DNA from: Candidatus Poribacteria bacterium
GTDB taxonomy: Bacteria > Poribacteria > WGA-4E > WGA-3G
NCBI GenBank assembly: GCA_965261125.1
Contig: CBDHCS010000007.1
Location: forward strand, 254,343 to 318,342
Direction: 5' to 3'
DNA length: 64,000 bases
The translations under genes were made by a program, and so were the position numbers. Below are positions 1 to 9,604 of this stretch, piece by piece. Under the pieces are notes generated by a model that searched no databases, was not told where the DNA came from, and worked only from the letters and a program-made list of their open reading frames with translations. Position 1 is the first letter of the stretch. Every line of letters begins with the position of its first letter.

Positions 1-90
1 AAGGTCGAGCATCAGAGCGTGAAAGCGGAACTTTACAACATATTGAACCTGGCGGCCGCCGCCACTATGAAGTCGAAATCAGTGTCCTGA
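1..90 (+). CDS. 3' end of a CDS that begins upstream of the window (unknown product)
   Basis: Frame 1 is open from base 1 to TGA at 88-90 (...LAAAATMKSKSVS*). It is too short for a functional call. Confidence 0.3.
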   Translation, partial: KVEHQSVKAELYNILNLAAAATMKSKSVS

Positions 91-198
91 CATCCAATGC
101 TGAGATTGACTCACTTGAAGCAAAAATCTCGCAAAACTAAAATAACGCCCCATTCGAAGCGGATATGCTTCGGCTATCTGACTCTAAGGAGAAATAAA

Positions 199-2091
199 AT
201 GAACAAACGTTTCACTTTACCACTTATCGTTGTCTCACTCTTGACAACTATTTTATTTGGCACTTATTTTGTAACCCAACCCATTAACGTTGCACAGGCT
301 GACGGGCACGAAGCTGGCGCGCCCACCCAAAAATCCGAGGTTACCCTTCTTGAAATTCCTAAAGACAGTGTCCTACATTTAATACCTGACACCACCTTAG
401 GTGTAATCTATTGTCCCAGTTTGCTTGATTTAGACGACAGAATTAACGCTGTAGCATTAGAACTTGTCCCGCAAGCTGGTCAATCACCAGAACTCCTTGC
501 CCAAATTTTGGCGAGTTCCTTCGGTGCCGGCTTTGAAAGTTTAGCCGAATTAGAAGAGATCGGCTTGGATTTAAACCAAGATTTTGCTGTTTTCCTAACG
601 AGTTTGGACCCGCTCAGTCTTTCCGCAACCGTACATCTAACTGACCCAGAGGCAATGAAACAGGTAATTGAGACTGAAGCGGAAGGCAGTGAGCCTATCC
701 AATATAACGGTGAAACCTATTGGAGTTCTCCCGAAGGCAGCGGCAGCTTTGCCATTTTGGAGAACACACTTGTCTTCTCACAACAACCTGAAATCTGTCA
801 AAACGTCATTGATATTAGTAAAGGGACAATGAAGTCTATCGTTGCCAATCAGGGTTATGCTTCATTCCTAACTAACATTATGAAGGGTACTGATCAGTTA
901 GCAGTTCACTTCGATTTGGAATCTGTCATTGCCCCCTTTAGTGAATCAATCAGAGAAGAATTATTCTCATCGATTGATACCGTTGAAAGCGATCCAGCAT
1001 CCATGGGTGCGGTGCCGATGATGGAAAATATGTTTAGCATGGTTATAGATTTTATTAAAGAGTTAAAATCTATCGGTGCAACACTTCAAGTTGAAGGGAC
1101 TGATGTGCAGCTTGCAACGTTCCTGCAATTCAAAACGGATGGGCAAATTCAAACAAAATTAAAGGAACTCACTCCAAATGAATTTGTACTACTCGATCAC
1201 TTGCCAAACGGTGCCTTCATTAACGGGGCATTCCAAGGCAACCAACAGTTACTGGCAGAAATGAGTTTGACTTGGATAAAGCCTTTTTTGAAAGATAATG
1301 CAGAACAGAATAAAGTTTTTGAGGATCTTCTCCAACAGATGAAAGGTGTTTATGAATCTATGGGAGATGAATGGAGTTTCTCCGCCAACTTTAAAGATAA
1401 TATTATCCCTGATTATCTCGTTATCTATTCATTGAAAGATGAGCAAAAGGTAAAAGATTATTATGAAAACCAGTTTCTGGATTTTCTCCAAAAAACAATG
1501 CAAATTATGAAAGATACACTGGGGGATATGCCGCAGCTTAGTATGTACGATGGTGTTTATGTTGGAGAACCAATAATGCATAACAATGTTGAAATTAAAA
1601 CCTTGGTTTTTCCCAATTTCGGTGCTGTTTTCGTAGATATGCCACCTGAAACTACGAATTTGATATCTCAGGAATGGCATTGGTCTTATGCTTTTTCAGA
1701 AGGGCATCTCTTTTTCGGTGTAGGTGGTCCTGAGATGGTTAAGGCAGCACTTGATAGCAAAGCGAAAATGGGTGAAAGTTTATCTGAAAGTATGAGTTAT
1801 CAGAAGCTTATTGAGAAGTTGGGAAAGGAAAACAACTTGTTTTTGGGAATTTCCCCCTTAGCCTTAGCGAAAAGTATTATGAATATGGCGGGAAAGACTG
1901 ATCCCAACGTTGCAGCACAAATGCAGATGTTCACAGCTATCATCGGAGGGATTCCCGAAGCCTATAGCATCGGTATTTCAGGGAAAGTCCAAGATGGCGG
2001 AATTGATGCTAAACTACTTTTGACCCTCGGTGACTTCAAGCAGTTGATTCAAACCTTTGCGATGATGTCTCAAATGGGACAGATGCAATAA
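199..2091 (+). CDS. Secreted or membrane-anchored hypothetical protein (~630 aa)
   Basis: Long ORF. The internal ATG at 199 follows an AAGGAG RBS (186-191) and opens with the signal-like N-terminus MNKRFTLPLIVVSLLTTILFGTYF. The 97-198 extension has no RBS. A strong terminator follows. Confidence 0.7.
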   Translation: MNKRFTLPLIVVSLLTTILFGTYFVTQPINVAQADGHEAGAPTQKSEVTLLEIPKDSVLHLIPDTTLGVIYCPSLLDLDDRINAVALELVPQAGQSPELLAQILASSFGAGFESLAELEEIGLDLNQDFAVFLTSLDPLSLSATVHLTDPEAMKQVIETEAEGSEPIQYNGETYWSSPEGSGSFAILENTLVFSQQPEICQNVIDISKGTMKSIVANQGYASFLTNIMKGTDQLAVHFDLESVIAPFSESIREELFSSIDTVESDPASMGAVPMMENMFSMVIDFIKELKSIGATLQVEGTDVQLATFLQFKTDGQIQTKLKELTPNEFVLLDHLPNGAFINGAFQGNQQLLAEMSLTWIKPFLKDNAEQNKVFEDLLQQMKGVYESMGDEWSFSANFKDNIIPDYLVIYSLKDEQKVKDYYENQFLDFLQKTMQIMKDTLGDMPQLSMYDGVYVGEPIMHNNVEIKTLVFPNFGAVFVDMPPETTNLISQEWHWSYAFSEGHLFFGVGGPEMVKAALDSKAKMGESLSESMSYQKLIEKLGKENNLFLGISPLALAKSIMNMAGKTDPNVAAQMQMFTAIIGGIPEAYSIGISGKVQDGGIDAKLLLTLGDFKQLIQTFAMMSQMGQMQ

Positions 2092-2100
2092 GACTTCGGA

Positions 2101-2133
2101 CTCGTCCACAACTTGGTTGTGGACGAGTTTTTT
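2101..2133 (+). terminator. Rho-independent terminator
   Basis: The perfect 12-bp stem ctcgtccacaac / gttgtggacgag (2101-2112 and 2116-2127) is followed by TTTTTT (2128-2133), 10 nt after the stop codon. Confidence 0.75.
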
Positions 2134-2270
2134 GTTTAACTTTTTTGGTGTTTATGGTATTATATCAAAATTGTTTGCAGTAGCGCGCGGTTGAGAGGGT
2201 TCGTCCGCTTCTGCATCGTTATTTAGGGAAAACCCTCTGAAAGAGTATTACTTACCTAAGGAGGTAAGCT

Positions 2271-3542
2271 GTGCATACACATAAAAGTTTCATAAACCGC
2301 TTTTTCATGAAAAAGCGGAAGTATCAATATTTCTTCGGGTTTGGCATGGTGTTTATGCTAATTTTTGCTTCATTCGCGATGGCTGGTACCTTTGAAAAAA
2401 CATTAGAAGCAGCTGAGGCAGCAGAACCCAAGAAAAGCCCTATAAAAATCGGCGGGGCGATGCGGGCCAATTACGTATACGGAACTTACACAGATGGCAG
2501 AGGGGATGATAATGGTGATGTCGATCTTGAGATTCTCCGTGTCAATGCTGACCTTGACTTTCATAACATCATTGGTAGACTGGAATACCGTTGGTATCCA
2601 AGGTGGTTCGGAGCTTCTAGCGGTTACAGTATGATACATACTGCATGGTTAGGATATAATTTTGAAGATTTAGGAACGCTTAAAGTAGGTATTGTCCGTG
2701 TTCCTTTTGGTCCAGGACCTTACGGTGTTTCTTCAAGCTGGTTTTTTGACCAGCATTTTTATGTCGGTCTCTCAGATGATCCTGATTTGGGTATCAGCTG
2801 GAGCGGTTCTCTTGATAATTTGATTTATGATGTCGCTTACTATTTACAAAGTGAATTCCAAACCGACGGGTCTAGTCTCAACAGCTCTCGATACGCTTAT
2901 GACGTTGTGAAACGTAAAGTTGAGAACGATGAGCACGGATATGATGAGCAACATCAATTTAACCTCCGTGCAATCTATGCAGTTGAGGACATCGCTGACG
3001 TAGGTGTGTCGCTTCAATACGGGTTACTCAAAGCAACAAATGTAGGGGACGATGAGAGCGGAAGTCACTACGCTCTTTCCGCACACATGAAAAACTCGTA
3101 TGCCAACTTTACTCTCTTTTCACAGTTCTCCTATTACGCCCATAATATCGCTGACGAAACGCCTTGGGGCACCGGAGACCTGATTCTCATGGGAGCTTAC
3201 GATTACGCATCCCCCGTCGCTTCAAAGGGAATAATACCCGCTATATCGCTGCGGTACAACGGTATAGATACATCAGGTATCTCCTGGCTTGACAGTGTCA
3301 CGCCTTATGTGGAATGGAGCTCTATCATTAAAACAGTGGAGCAATATAACCCAAGCACTCTTGTAACAATCGGAGCAAGTTGGACGCTCTACGGCGCACT
3401 ATATGTTTATAGCGATTTTGCACTTTCTGATGGCAACCCCTTTGTTGGGAACGATGGGGCTGGTGATCTTGCTGCAAACGAAGATAACGATGAGAAAAAG
3501 CAGAATTGGAGACTAAACCTTAACTTCGGGTACTATTTCTAA
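2271..3542 (+). CDS. Outer-membrane beta-barrel (porin-like) protein
   Basis: AGGAGG RBS precedes the GTG at 2271; an alternative ATG lies at 2307. Signal peptide MKKRKYQYFFGFGMVFMLIFASFAMA. The sequence has an alternating aromatic/Gly-rich beta-strand pattern and the C-terminal ...LNLNFGYYF with a terminal Phe, typical of OMP barrels. Confidence 0.6.
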   Translation: MHTHKSFINRFFMKKRKYQYFFGFGMVFMLIFASFAMAGTFEKTLEAAEAAEPKKSPIKIGGAMRANYVYGTYTDGRGDDNGDVDLEILRVNADLDFHNIIGRLEYRWYPRWFGASSGYSMIHTAWLGYNFEDLGTLKVGIVRVPFGPGPYGVSSSWFFDQHFYVGLSDDPDLGISWSGSLDNLIYDVAYYLQSEFQTDGSSLNSSRYAYDVVKRKVENDEHGYDEQHQFNLRAIYAVEDIADVGVSLQYGLLKATNVGDDESGSHYALSAHMKNSYANFTLFSQFSYYAHNIADETPWGTGDLILMGAYDYASPVASKGIIPAISLRYNGIDTSGISWLDSVTPYVEWSSIIKTVEQYNPSTLVTIGASWTLYGALYVYSDFALSDGNPFVGNDGAGDLAANEDNDEKKQNWRLNLNFGYYF

Positions 3543-3613
3543 TTGGTGTACGCCATTCTAAGGGGAGCGCGCTTTGTTAGCGCGCTTACCATTTCTAAAA
3601 GGAGAATCTTGAA

Positions 3614-5320
3614 ATGAACGAAGAAGGAAAACAACCCCAACAGATGCCACATCAGATTGATGAAGGCAGGTACAAAAAACTGTTCGGTTTAGATATTTAC
3701 TTAACACCTGTATTCGTAATTTCCAGTATCACTATTGTTGCTTTTATCGTCGGTTCTCTCATCTTCCAAGAAGGTGCTACAACACTCTTCGGAAATGTCC
3801 GAGTGTGGCTTACCACAAACCTTGATTGGCTGTTCATGATCACTGCTAACCTCGTCTTTCTCTTTTGTTTGGTTGTGGCACTCTCGCCACTCGGCAAGGT
3901 GCGGCTTGGGGGAGCAGATGCAAAACCGGAGTATTCCTACTTAACTTGGCTTGCTATGCTTTTTGCAGCAGGTGTGGGGATAGGGCTTCTGTTCTTTGGT
4001 GTGTCGGAGCCGGTTACCTATTTTCAGGGGGATAGTGGTGTTGTTAAATATTCGCCGCTTGGGACAGAAACGGTTTATGAAGCAAAGGCAATTTACAATG
4101 CTGAAGATATCCCTGCCATGGACGATCCCGCTTATGACCCTGAGGCAGATTACAGTGTAAAAGATGTTCCTGACATCATGGATCCCAAAGTTAAAACGGC
4201 GGCTTCCTTGAGTATCGCAACAACAGTTTTTCACTGGGGACTACAAGGATGGGCGATCTACGGTGTTGTTGGACTCGCCCTTGCATTTTTCGCCTATAAC
4301 CGCGGGCTTCCACTCCTCATCCGATCCGCGTTTTACCCTATATTTGGTGATAGAATATGGGGTTGGACAGGACACATCATTGATACGTTTGCTATTTTTG
4401 CTGGGATTTTTGGACTTGCTACTTCACTCGGTTTAGGGGTGCAACAGGTAACTTCCGGGCTTGACCATCTGTTTGGGATACCAGCAAACAACTGGACCAT
4501 GATCCTGCTGATTGTAGGGATTACCTGCATAGCACTCATATCAGTGATGACAGGTATTAACGTTGGTATCAAACGTCTCAGCCAATTCAACATAATTCTT
4601 GCGTTTGTTTTGCTGTTAACTATTTTTGTTCTGGGGCCAACACGTTACATTTTCCAAAGTATGTTCGCTGGACTTGGGACCTATGTCATGAAGATTGTAC
4701 CGCTCAGTAACTGGGTCGGACGCGAGGACACCGGCTTCTTTCACGATTGGACAACCTTCTATTGGGCATGGTGGATTGCCTGGGCACCATTCATCGGCAC
4801 ATTTATTGCCCGTATATCAAAGGGGAGAACCGTTCGCGAGTTCGTTATCTTCGTGTTGCTGCTACCCACATTGCTATGTTTAATCTGGTTTGGCGCATTC
4901 GGCGGCACTGCTATCCATCAATTCTTAACTGATAGCTACACCGGCGTAACTGAACAAGTTGAGAATTATAATTACCCAATCGCTCTGTTCGAAATGTTAG
5001 GCGAACTACCGTTGTCATTGCTTCTCTCATGTGCTGCAATGCTGTTGACAATCATCTTTTTCGTAACCTCATCCGACTCCGGCTCTCTGATTATCGACAT
5101 CATAGCAGCAGGTGGTAAGGTCGACGCGCCGGTTCCACAACGTGTGTTCTGGTGCACTGTAGAAGGATTAGTTGCTATAGCATTGCTACTTGGTGGAGGT
5201 TTAAAGGCATTGCAGGCTGCATCGCTCGCGACAGGTTTTCCCTTTGCAATTGTGCTGTTAGGCATGGGAGCTTGTGTCTTGGGTGGGCTCATTAAAGAAA
5301 GACGTGAATCCCAACATTGA
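3614..5320 (+). CDS. BCCT-family (betaine/carnitine/choline) transporter
   Basis: GGAG RBS. Multi-TM protein with hallmark BCCT segments FHWGLQGWAIYGVVGLALAFFAYNRGLPLLIRSAFYPIFG and WTTFYWAWWIAWAPFIGTFIARISKGRTVREF. Confidence 0.9.
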   Translation: MNEEGKQPQQMPHQIDEGRYKKLFGLDIYLTPVFVISSITIVAFIVGSLIFQEGATTLFGNVRVWLTTNLDWLFMITANLVFLFCLVVALSPLGKVRLGGADAKPEYSYLTWLAMLFAAGVGIGLLFFGVSEPVTYFQGDSGVVKYSPLGTETVYEAKAIYNAEDIPAMDDPAYDPEADYSVKDVPDIMDPKVKTAASLSIATTVFHWGLQGWAIYGVVGLALAFFAYNRGLPLLIRSAFYPIFGDRIWGWTGHIIDTFAIFAGIFGLATSLGLGVQQVTSGLDHLFGIPANNWTMILLIVGITCIALISVMTGINVGIKRLSQFNIILAFVLLLTIFVLGPTRYIFQSMFAGLGTYVMKIVPLSNWVGREDTGFFHDWTTFYWAWWIAWAPFIGTFIARISKGRTVREFVIFVLLLPTLLCLIWFGAFGGTAIHQFLTDSYTGVTEQVENYNYPIALFEMLGELPLSLLLSCAAMLLTIIFFVTSSDSGSLIIDIIAAGGKVDAPVPQRVFWCTVEGLVAIALLLGGGLKALQAASLATGFPFAIVLLGMGACVLGGLIKERRESQH

Positions 5321-5355
5321 AAATAAGAATTTGATGAGATAATTGTTATACACAG

Positions 5356-5401
5356 GGGCTATAGGTGCCGATGCTATGCGTATATTCAGCACCTATAGCC
5401 C
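5356..5401 (+). terminator. Stem-loop downstream of the BCCT gene (terminator-like, no clear U-tract)
   Basis: 13-bp perfect stem gggctataggtgc (5356-5368) / gcacctatagccc (5389-5401). Confidence 0.4.
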
Positions 5402-5448
5402 TCCCTTCTATAACCTTGTTTCACAAAAATTGGCGACTCGGATCCTTC

Positions 5449-5477
5449 TTGACTTTTACCAGCTTTTAACATACAAT
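5449..5477 (+). promoter_or_regulatory. Sigma70-like promoter
   Basis: TTGACT (5449-5454), a 17-nt spacer, then TACAAT (5472-5477). It lies ~30 nt upstream of the GGAGAG RBS and ATG at 5510. Confidence 0.5.
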
Positions 5478-5509
5478 ATTTATGTTGTTTACCAATTTCG
5501 GAGAGCGTA

Positions 5510-5698
5510 ATGTCAGACTCAAAGAATCACAATACTTCTACAAATCCAGAAGAATTTGTTCGTCTTGTAACTCAAATGGAGGAACGGGAGAAGGTTGAAT
5601 CACGCCTATATGAGCAGATCATAGAAGTCAAGAAAGACCTTAATGACAGAATGGACAGATTGGAAAACGTTTGCAATGGGTGGTTACAACTGCTATAG
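5510..5698 (+). CDS. Small coiled-coil protein; its C-terminal TM helix is encoded in the -1 frame (possible frameshift or pseudogene)
   Basis: GGAGAG RBS plus ATG. The ORF stops at 5696-5698, but the adjacent frame (5647-5742) encodes ...RLQWVVTTAIAVTGIVVAIIVKFL*. Confidence 0.45.
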   Translation: MSDSKNHNTSTNPEEFVRLVTQMEEREKVESRLYEQIIEVKKDLNDRMDRLENVCNGWLQLL

Positions 5699-5762
5699 CT
5701 GTCACAGGTATCGTTGTTGCCATAATTGTTAAGTTTCTGTAATTGTGCAAGGGAGAATAACA

Positions 5763-6050
5763 ATGTTAGAAAATTCACCAGGGTTGGAAAGATATACACC
5801 TACCCGCTTAGATTGGCTCTTAGTCTTGTTAAATGCACGTTTTCAGATTGAGCATCCGTTTCGCCTTTACTTCAAAACGGGCGATGATGGGAAAAGTATC
5901 TACGTGGTAGCAAGTTATTCCGCTGATGTGGATAAAGAACTCCTGGAGGAATGGATCCATAAAGCGAAAGATGTTGTTTTAGACGTGGCTGCGGGATACG
6001 GATGGGACTCTTGGCTTGAAGTTAAAGTGGATATTGATGAAAAAGAATAA
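5763..6050 (+). CDS. Hypothetical protein (~95 aa)
   Basis: ORF with a GGGAGA RBS before the ATG at 5763 (the track start at 5745 is GTG). No recognisable motif. Confidence 0.5.
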   Translation: MLENSPGLERYTPTRLDWLLVLLNARFQIEHPFRLYFKTGDDGKSIYVVASYSADVDKELLEEWIHKAKDVVLDVAAGYGWDSWLEVKVDIDEKE

Positions 6051-6164
6051 GTTTCAAAGGTTTACTATACGAACAAACCTACACCACAACAACCTACAAA
6101 TCCAATGCTAATTGATGACCATCGCCCACCTAATTGGCATTAACCCTTAGAATTAGGACGGAAC

Positions 6165-6452
6165 ATGTTTATGAGTAGTCCGTATAAATATGTTGGACTC
6201 CCTCTCACACCACTCATGGCGCAAGAACTTATCTTAGAGTTATTCATAGAACAGACTGTTCACAAGCAAGAGATGACAGATATTGTTGAGTCAACACATC
6301 TTGAACGTGGAGGAAATCCGCCGAGGTCTAAGCAAAACCCTATTACCCGATCACTGACTCTCCTGAAAGAAATGGGGCTTGCAGAGAATCCAATGCAAGG
6401 TGTCTGGTCTATTTCTCCAAATATCAAAAATAGTGTTGAAGATACTTCATAA
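6165..6452 (+). CDS. Hypothetical protein (95 aa)
   Basis: ORF only. A winged-helix-like feel is not supportable by eye. Confidence 0.4.
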   Translation: MFMSSPYKYVGLPLTPLMAQELILELFIEQTVHKQEMTDIVESTHLERGGNPPRSKQNPITRSLTLLKEMGLAENPMQGVWSISPNIKNSVEDTS

Positions 6453-6485
6453 TACCAAAAACCAGACTTATAAAAAGAAAAACTT

Positions 6486-7508
6486 GTGAAAATACTCGGA
6501 ATTGATACATCTTGTGATGAAACAGCCTCCGCAGTTGTTGCTGACGGGCGTGAAGTCCTATCAAATATAGTTGCTTCACAAATAAAAGCACATCAGGAAT
6601 ATGGTGGCGTTGTGCCAGAGTTGGCATCGCGTAAACACATTGAAGCAATCAACTATATCGTCAATAAAGCGTTGACTGAAGCAGAGGTGGCGTTTGATGA
6701 TATAGATGCTATAGCTGTGACAAATCGTCCCGGACTCATCGGGGCGTTGCTTGTCGGTGTTGCATCAGCAAAAAGCCTCGCCTATTGCCATAATCTCCCC
6801 TTACTTGGCATTAATCATATTGAAGGACATATCTATGCCAACTACATGGTGCATGATACATTGACTTTTCCCCATATCTGCCTCACTGTCTCTGGCGGAC
6901 ATACATTGCTTGTGGAAGTGCATGAAGGGTGGAAATATAAAGTCCTGGGAACGACACAGGACGATGCAGCAGGCGAAGTTTATGATAAGGTAGCAAAGTA
7001 TCTCGGACTCGGTTTCCCCGGCGGTAGAATTATTGACGAATTGGCACAAAAAGGCAATCCTACAGCGATAGACTTTCCACGTCCTATGCTCCGTAGCGGT
7101 GATTACCAATTCAGTTTTAGTGGTGTTAAAACGTCTGTCCGATATTTTGTGGAGAAGGCAGAACGTGCAGGAACAATCGCAAACGGAGAAATAAGCATTG
7201 AAGACATTGCTGCCAGTTTTCAGACAGCAGTCGTTGATGTGCTTGTGGCAAAAACCGTTCATGCTGCAAAAGCTACTGGCGCGCGTACTATAACGTTAAC
7301 TGGCGGAGTCGCAGCGAACAGCCACTTGCGATCTTCTCTCAAAGATGCTGCTAACGAAATCGGTGCAGATGTCTACTATCCACCGATTAATCTATGTACA
7401 GATAATGGCGCAATGATTGCTGGAATCGCTTACGAAAAATATCAGCAAGGACTTCGCGATGAACTTTCTCTCAATGCTGCTGCGAACGGTTCAATCGTTG
7501 ATGTTTAA
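6486..7508 (+). CDS. tsaD: tRNA N6-adenosine threonylcarbamoyltransferase TsaD (Kae1/Gcp family)
   Basis: GTG start. MKILGIDTSCDETASAVV..., HIEGHIYAN metal-binding motif, SGGHTLL, GGVAANSHLR. The match is full length. Confidence 0.95.
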   Translation: MKILGIDTSCDETASAVVADGREVLSNIVASQIKAHQEYGGVVPELASRKHIEAINYIVNKALTEAEVAFDDIDAIAVTNRPGLIGALLVGVASAKSLAYCHNLPLLGINHIEGHIYANYMVHDTLTFPHICLTVSGGHTLLVEVHEGWKYKVLGTTQDDAAGEVYDKVAKYLGLGFPGGRIIDELAQKGNPTAIDFPRPMLRSGDYQFSFSGVKTSVRYFVEKAERAGTIANGEISIEDIAASFQTAVVDVLVAKTVHAAKATGARTITLTGGVAANSHLRSSLKDAANEIGADVYYPPINLCTDNGAMIAGIAYEKYQQGLRDELSLNAAANGSIVDV

Positions 7509-7522
7509 ATGGAGTAAGACAC

Positions 7523-8149
7523 TTGGGATCGGATGTACGTATTAAATCAGCAGTAGATTGCCTAAAATCCGGGGGAATTATTGCTATTCCTACCGATACG
7601 GTCTACGGGATAGGCGCTGACCCATTTAATGTTGATGCAGTGCAAAAATTATATACGTTAAAAGGGAGACCGGAAGAAAAACCGATCCCCTTAGTTCTCG
7701 GTTCTGTTGAAAATGTCCAACAAGTTGCCCAAAACTTACCAGACTTCTTTTTTCATCTTACAAAAAAGTTTTGGCCTGGCGGACTAACAATCATTGTCCA
7801 GTCAAAAAACCTGCTTCCGCAGCTAACCGCTGGTGGAACCACCGTTGGATTACGTATTCCAAATCAACCGCTACTATTAGAGATACTTCAGGCATTTGGC
7901 GGACCGATCGCGATTACAAGTGCGAATCTTTCAGGACAACCCGCATCAACATCTCCTCAAGAATTTGGAAGCGAACTTTCTTCAAAAATTGATTTTATTG
8001 TAGACGATGGAAAGACACCCGGTCCCGTCCCATCAACAGTATATGATATATCCGTTTCACCCCCACAAGTTCGTAGAGAGGGGGTTATTCCCTCCGAAAC
8101 CCTTGCCAAGGAGTTGATGTGTTACAACAGACTTTTAAACAACTCCTAA
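7523..8149 (+). CDS. tsaC: L-threonylcarbamoyladenylate synthase (Sua5/YrdC/TsaC family)
   Basis: TTG start 8 nt after GGAG. IAIPTDTVYGIGADPFN, LKGRPEEKPIPL and ITSANLSGQP motifs. It lies adjacent to tsaD. Confidence 0.9.
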   Translation: MGSDVRIKSAVDCLKSGGIIAIPTDTVYGIGADPFNVDAVQKLYTLKGRPEEKPIPLVLGSVENVQQVAQNLPDFFFHLTKKFWPGGLTIIVQSKNLLPQLTAGGTTVGLRIPNQPLLLEILQAFGGPIAITSANLSGQPASTSPQEFGSELSSKIDFIVDDGKTPGPVPSTVYDISVSPPQVRREGVIPSETLAKELMCYNRLLNNS

Positions 8150-8703
8150 AATTTCTCACAACGCCAACCGGACATTGGGTCATCCTTGGGTTGGGATGTT
8201 TTATTATATTAGCGGTTGTTTACCACAGATGGCGGCAAATTCCAGGTTTAACGGTAGAGATAATACAAGATGGGACCTGGTTTATCAATCGTGATGATAA
8301 TAACCGCTTAGCGATTGTGGTTTCGCTCCACTTGATTAATAAATCTGGCGCACCAATTCAGTTTTGCAGATGTAAATTAAGTGGTTACGCCCCAAAATCA
8401 CCACCAGATCAACTATTTTTAGAAGGGTATGATAAAACCATTGAACTCACTTATCCGAACTATGACTCATTTTCAGAAATCGTTGGACAATCTGAAAACC
8501 TCAATTCCGCTTATGTTCTCAATCCCTATACGGAACAACGCATGTGGGTTTATTATGAGTCCGGTATCGTAACGTTGACCAACATGCTTCGCGCACCGAT
8601 TGTGCTAAGAGATATAAATCGAAAGCGGAAATCATTTCAAGTTGCTGTGCCTCGTAATATGGAACAGATTCAGTTGTATCGTGAAGCAGCAATGCGTTGG
8701 TAA
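8119..8703 (+). CDS. Hypothetical membrane-anchored protein
   Basis: ORF overlapping the tsaC end by 31 nt. It has one N-terminal TM helix (HWVILGLGCFIILAVVY). Confidence 0.5.
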   Translation: MLQQTFKQLLKFLTTPTGHWVILGLGCFIILAVVYHRWRQIPGLTVEIIQDGTWFINRDDNNRLAIVVSLHLINKSGAPIQFCRCKLSGYAPKSPPDQLFLEGYDKTIELTYPNYDSFSEIVGQSENLNSAYVLNPYTEQRMWVYYESGIVTLTNMLRAPIVLRDINRKRKSFQVAVPRNMEQIQLYREAAMRW

Positions 8704-8827
8704 GTTGATTGCAGTTAGTTAAATTAAGTGTCTATCCAATATTCCTTCCCCATTTCACTACTCCAATTTATTTGCCATTTTTCCATCTGTGTGGTATCCT
8801 ATATCTTCAAGGAGGGATATAGAACCT

Positions 8828-9586
8828 GTGGCATTTATAAATGACATCGCAAATGAATTTATTCGAGAAGAAATTGAAGAATATCTTGAACGTCCTGATG
8901 AAATTGAGTTTTTCATTGAAATGTTCTCCCAAGCAACGCCCGAAATGCAGGACATCGCCGCTGCACTGATTGATGGTGACCATCATACCGTTGATGAATT
9001 GACCGAAGAAGCACTTGCAGAAGGCACAGAAGCACTTGAAATTATGGATGATGGGTTAATCTTAGGGATGGGTATAGTTGGCATCAAGTTTCGCGAGAAC
9101 TTTATCTTTGTCCCCGAAGTTCTGGCATGTGCAAGAGCAATGAAGGCGGGCATGGCACATATTGAACCCATTCTCTCCGATTCGGGGATTGAACCTGTCG
9201 GGACGGTGATTATGGGTACCGTCAAAGGCGATCTCCATGATATTGGTAAAAACTTGTGCATTATGATGCTGCGCGGCGCAGGTTTTGTCGTCCACGATTT
9301 AGGTGTGGATACCTCCGAAGACGAATTCATTGAGGCAGTAGAAGAATTTGAAGCACCAATTTTAGGAATGTCCGCACTGCTAACGACAACAATGCCGAAT
9401 ATGGGCAAAACGATTGATGCTTTTATTGATGAAGACTTACGTGAAGAAGTGAAAATTATGGTCGGCGGTGCCCCTGTCACACAAACATTTGCAGATGATA
9501 TGGGGGCAGATGGATACGGTAAGGACGCTTTGGCATGTGTCGCATTAGCAAAACATTTTCTTGAAGAAACAGACGAAGAATGGTAA
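8828..9586 (+). CDS. Cobalamin-binding corrinoid protein (B12-binding cap plus Rossmann domain)
   Basis: DxHxxG motif (GDLHDIGKNL), then MSALLTTT and GGAP segments typical of MetH-type B12 domains. The likely start is the GTG at 8828, 11 nt after AAGGAGGG. The ORF track starts at 8789. Confidence 0.85.
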   Translation: MAFINDIANEFIREEIEEYLERPDEIEFFIEMFSQATPEMQDIAAALIDGDHHTVDELTEEALAEGTEALEIMDDGLILGMGIVGIKFRENFIFVPEVLACARAMKAGMAHIEPILSDSGIEPVGTVIMGTVKGDLHDIGKNLCIMMLRGAGFVVHDLGVDTSEDEFIEAVEEFEAPILGMSALLTTTMPNMGKTIDAFIDEDLREEVKIMVGGAPVTQTFADDMGADGYGKDALACVALAKHFLEETDEEW

Positions 9587-9604
9587 TCCTTCGTTGGATT
9601 GTAT

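Noticed and set aside
97-198. N-terminal extension of the first long ORF (track start at 97)
   Set aside because: The extension is basic and unstructured with no RBS. The ATG at 199 has an AAGGAG RBS and yields a proper signal peptide.
8704-8827. Cobalamin riboswitch upstream of the corrinoid protein gene
   Set aside because: The spacer is only ~90-125 nt. I could not recognise a B12-box-like element or the multi-stem architecture by eye. An Infernal scan would be needed to be certain.
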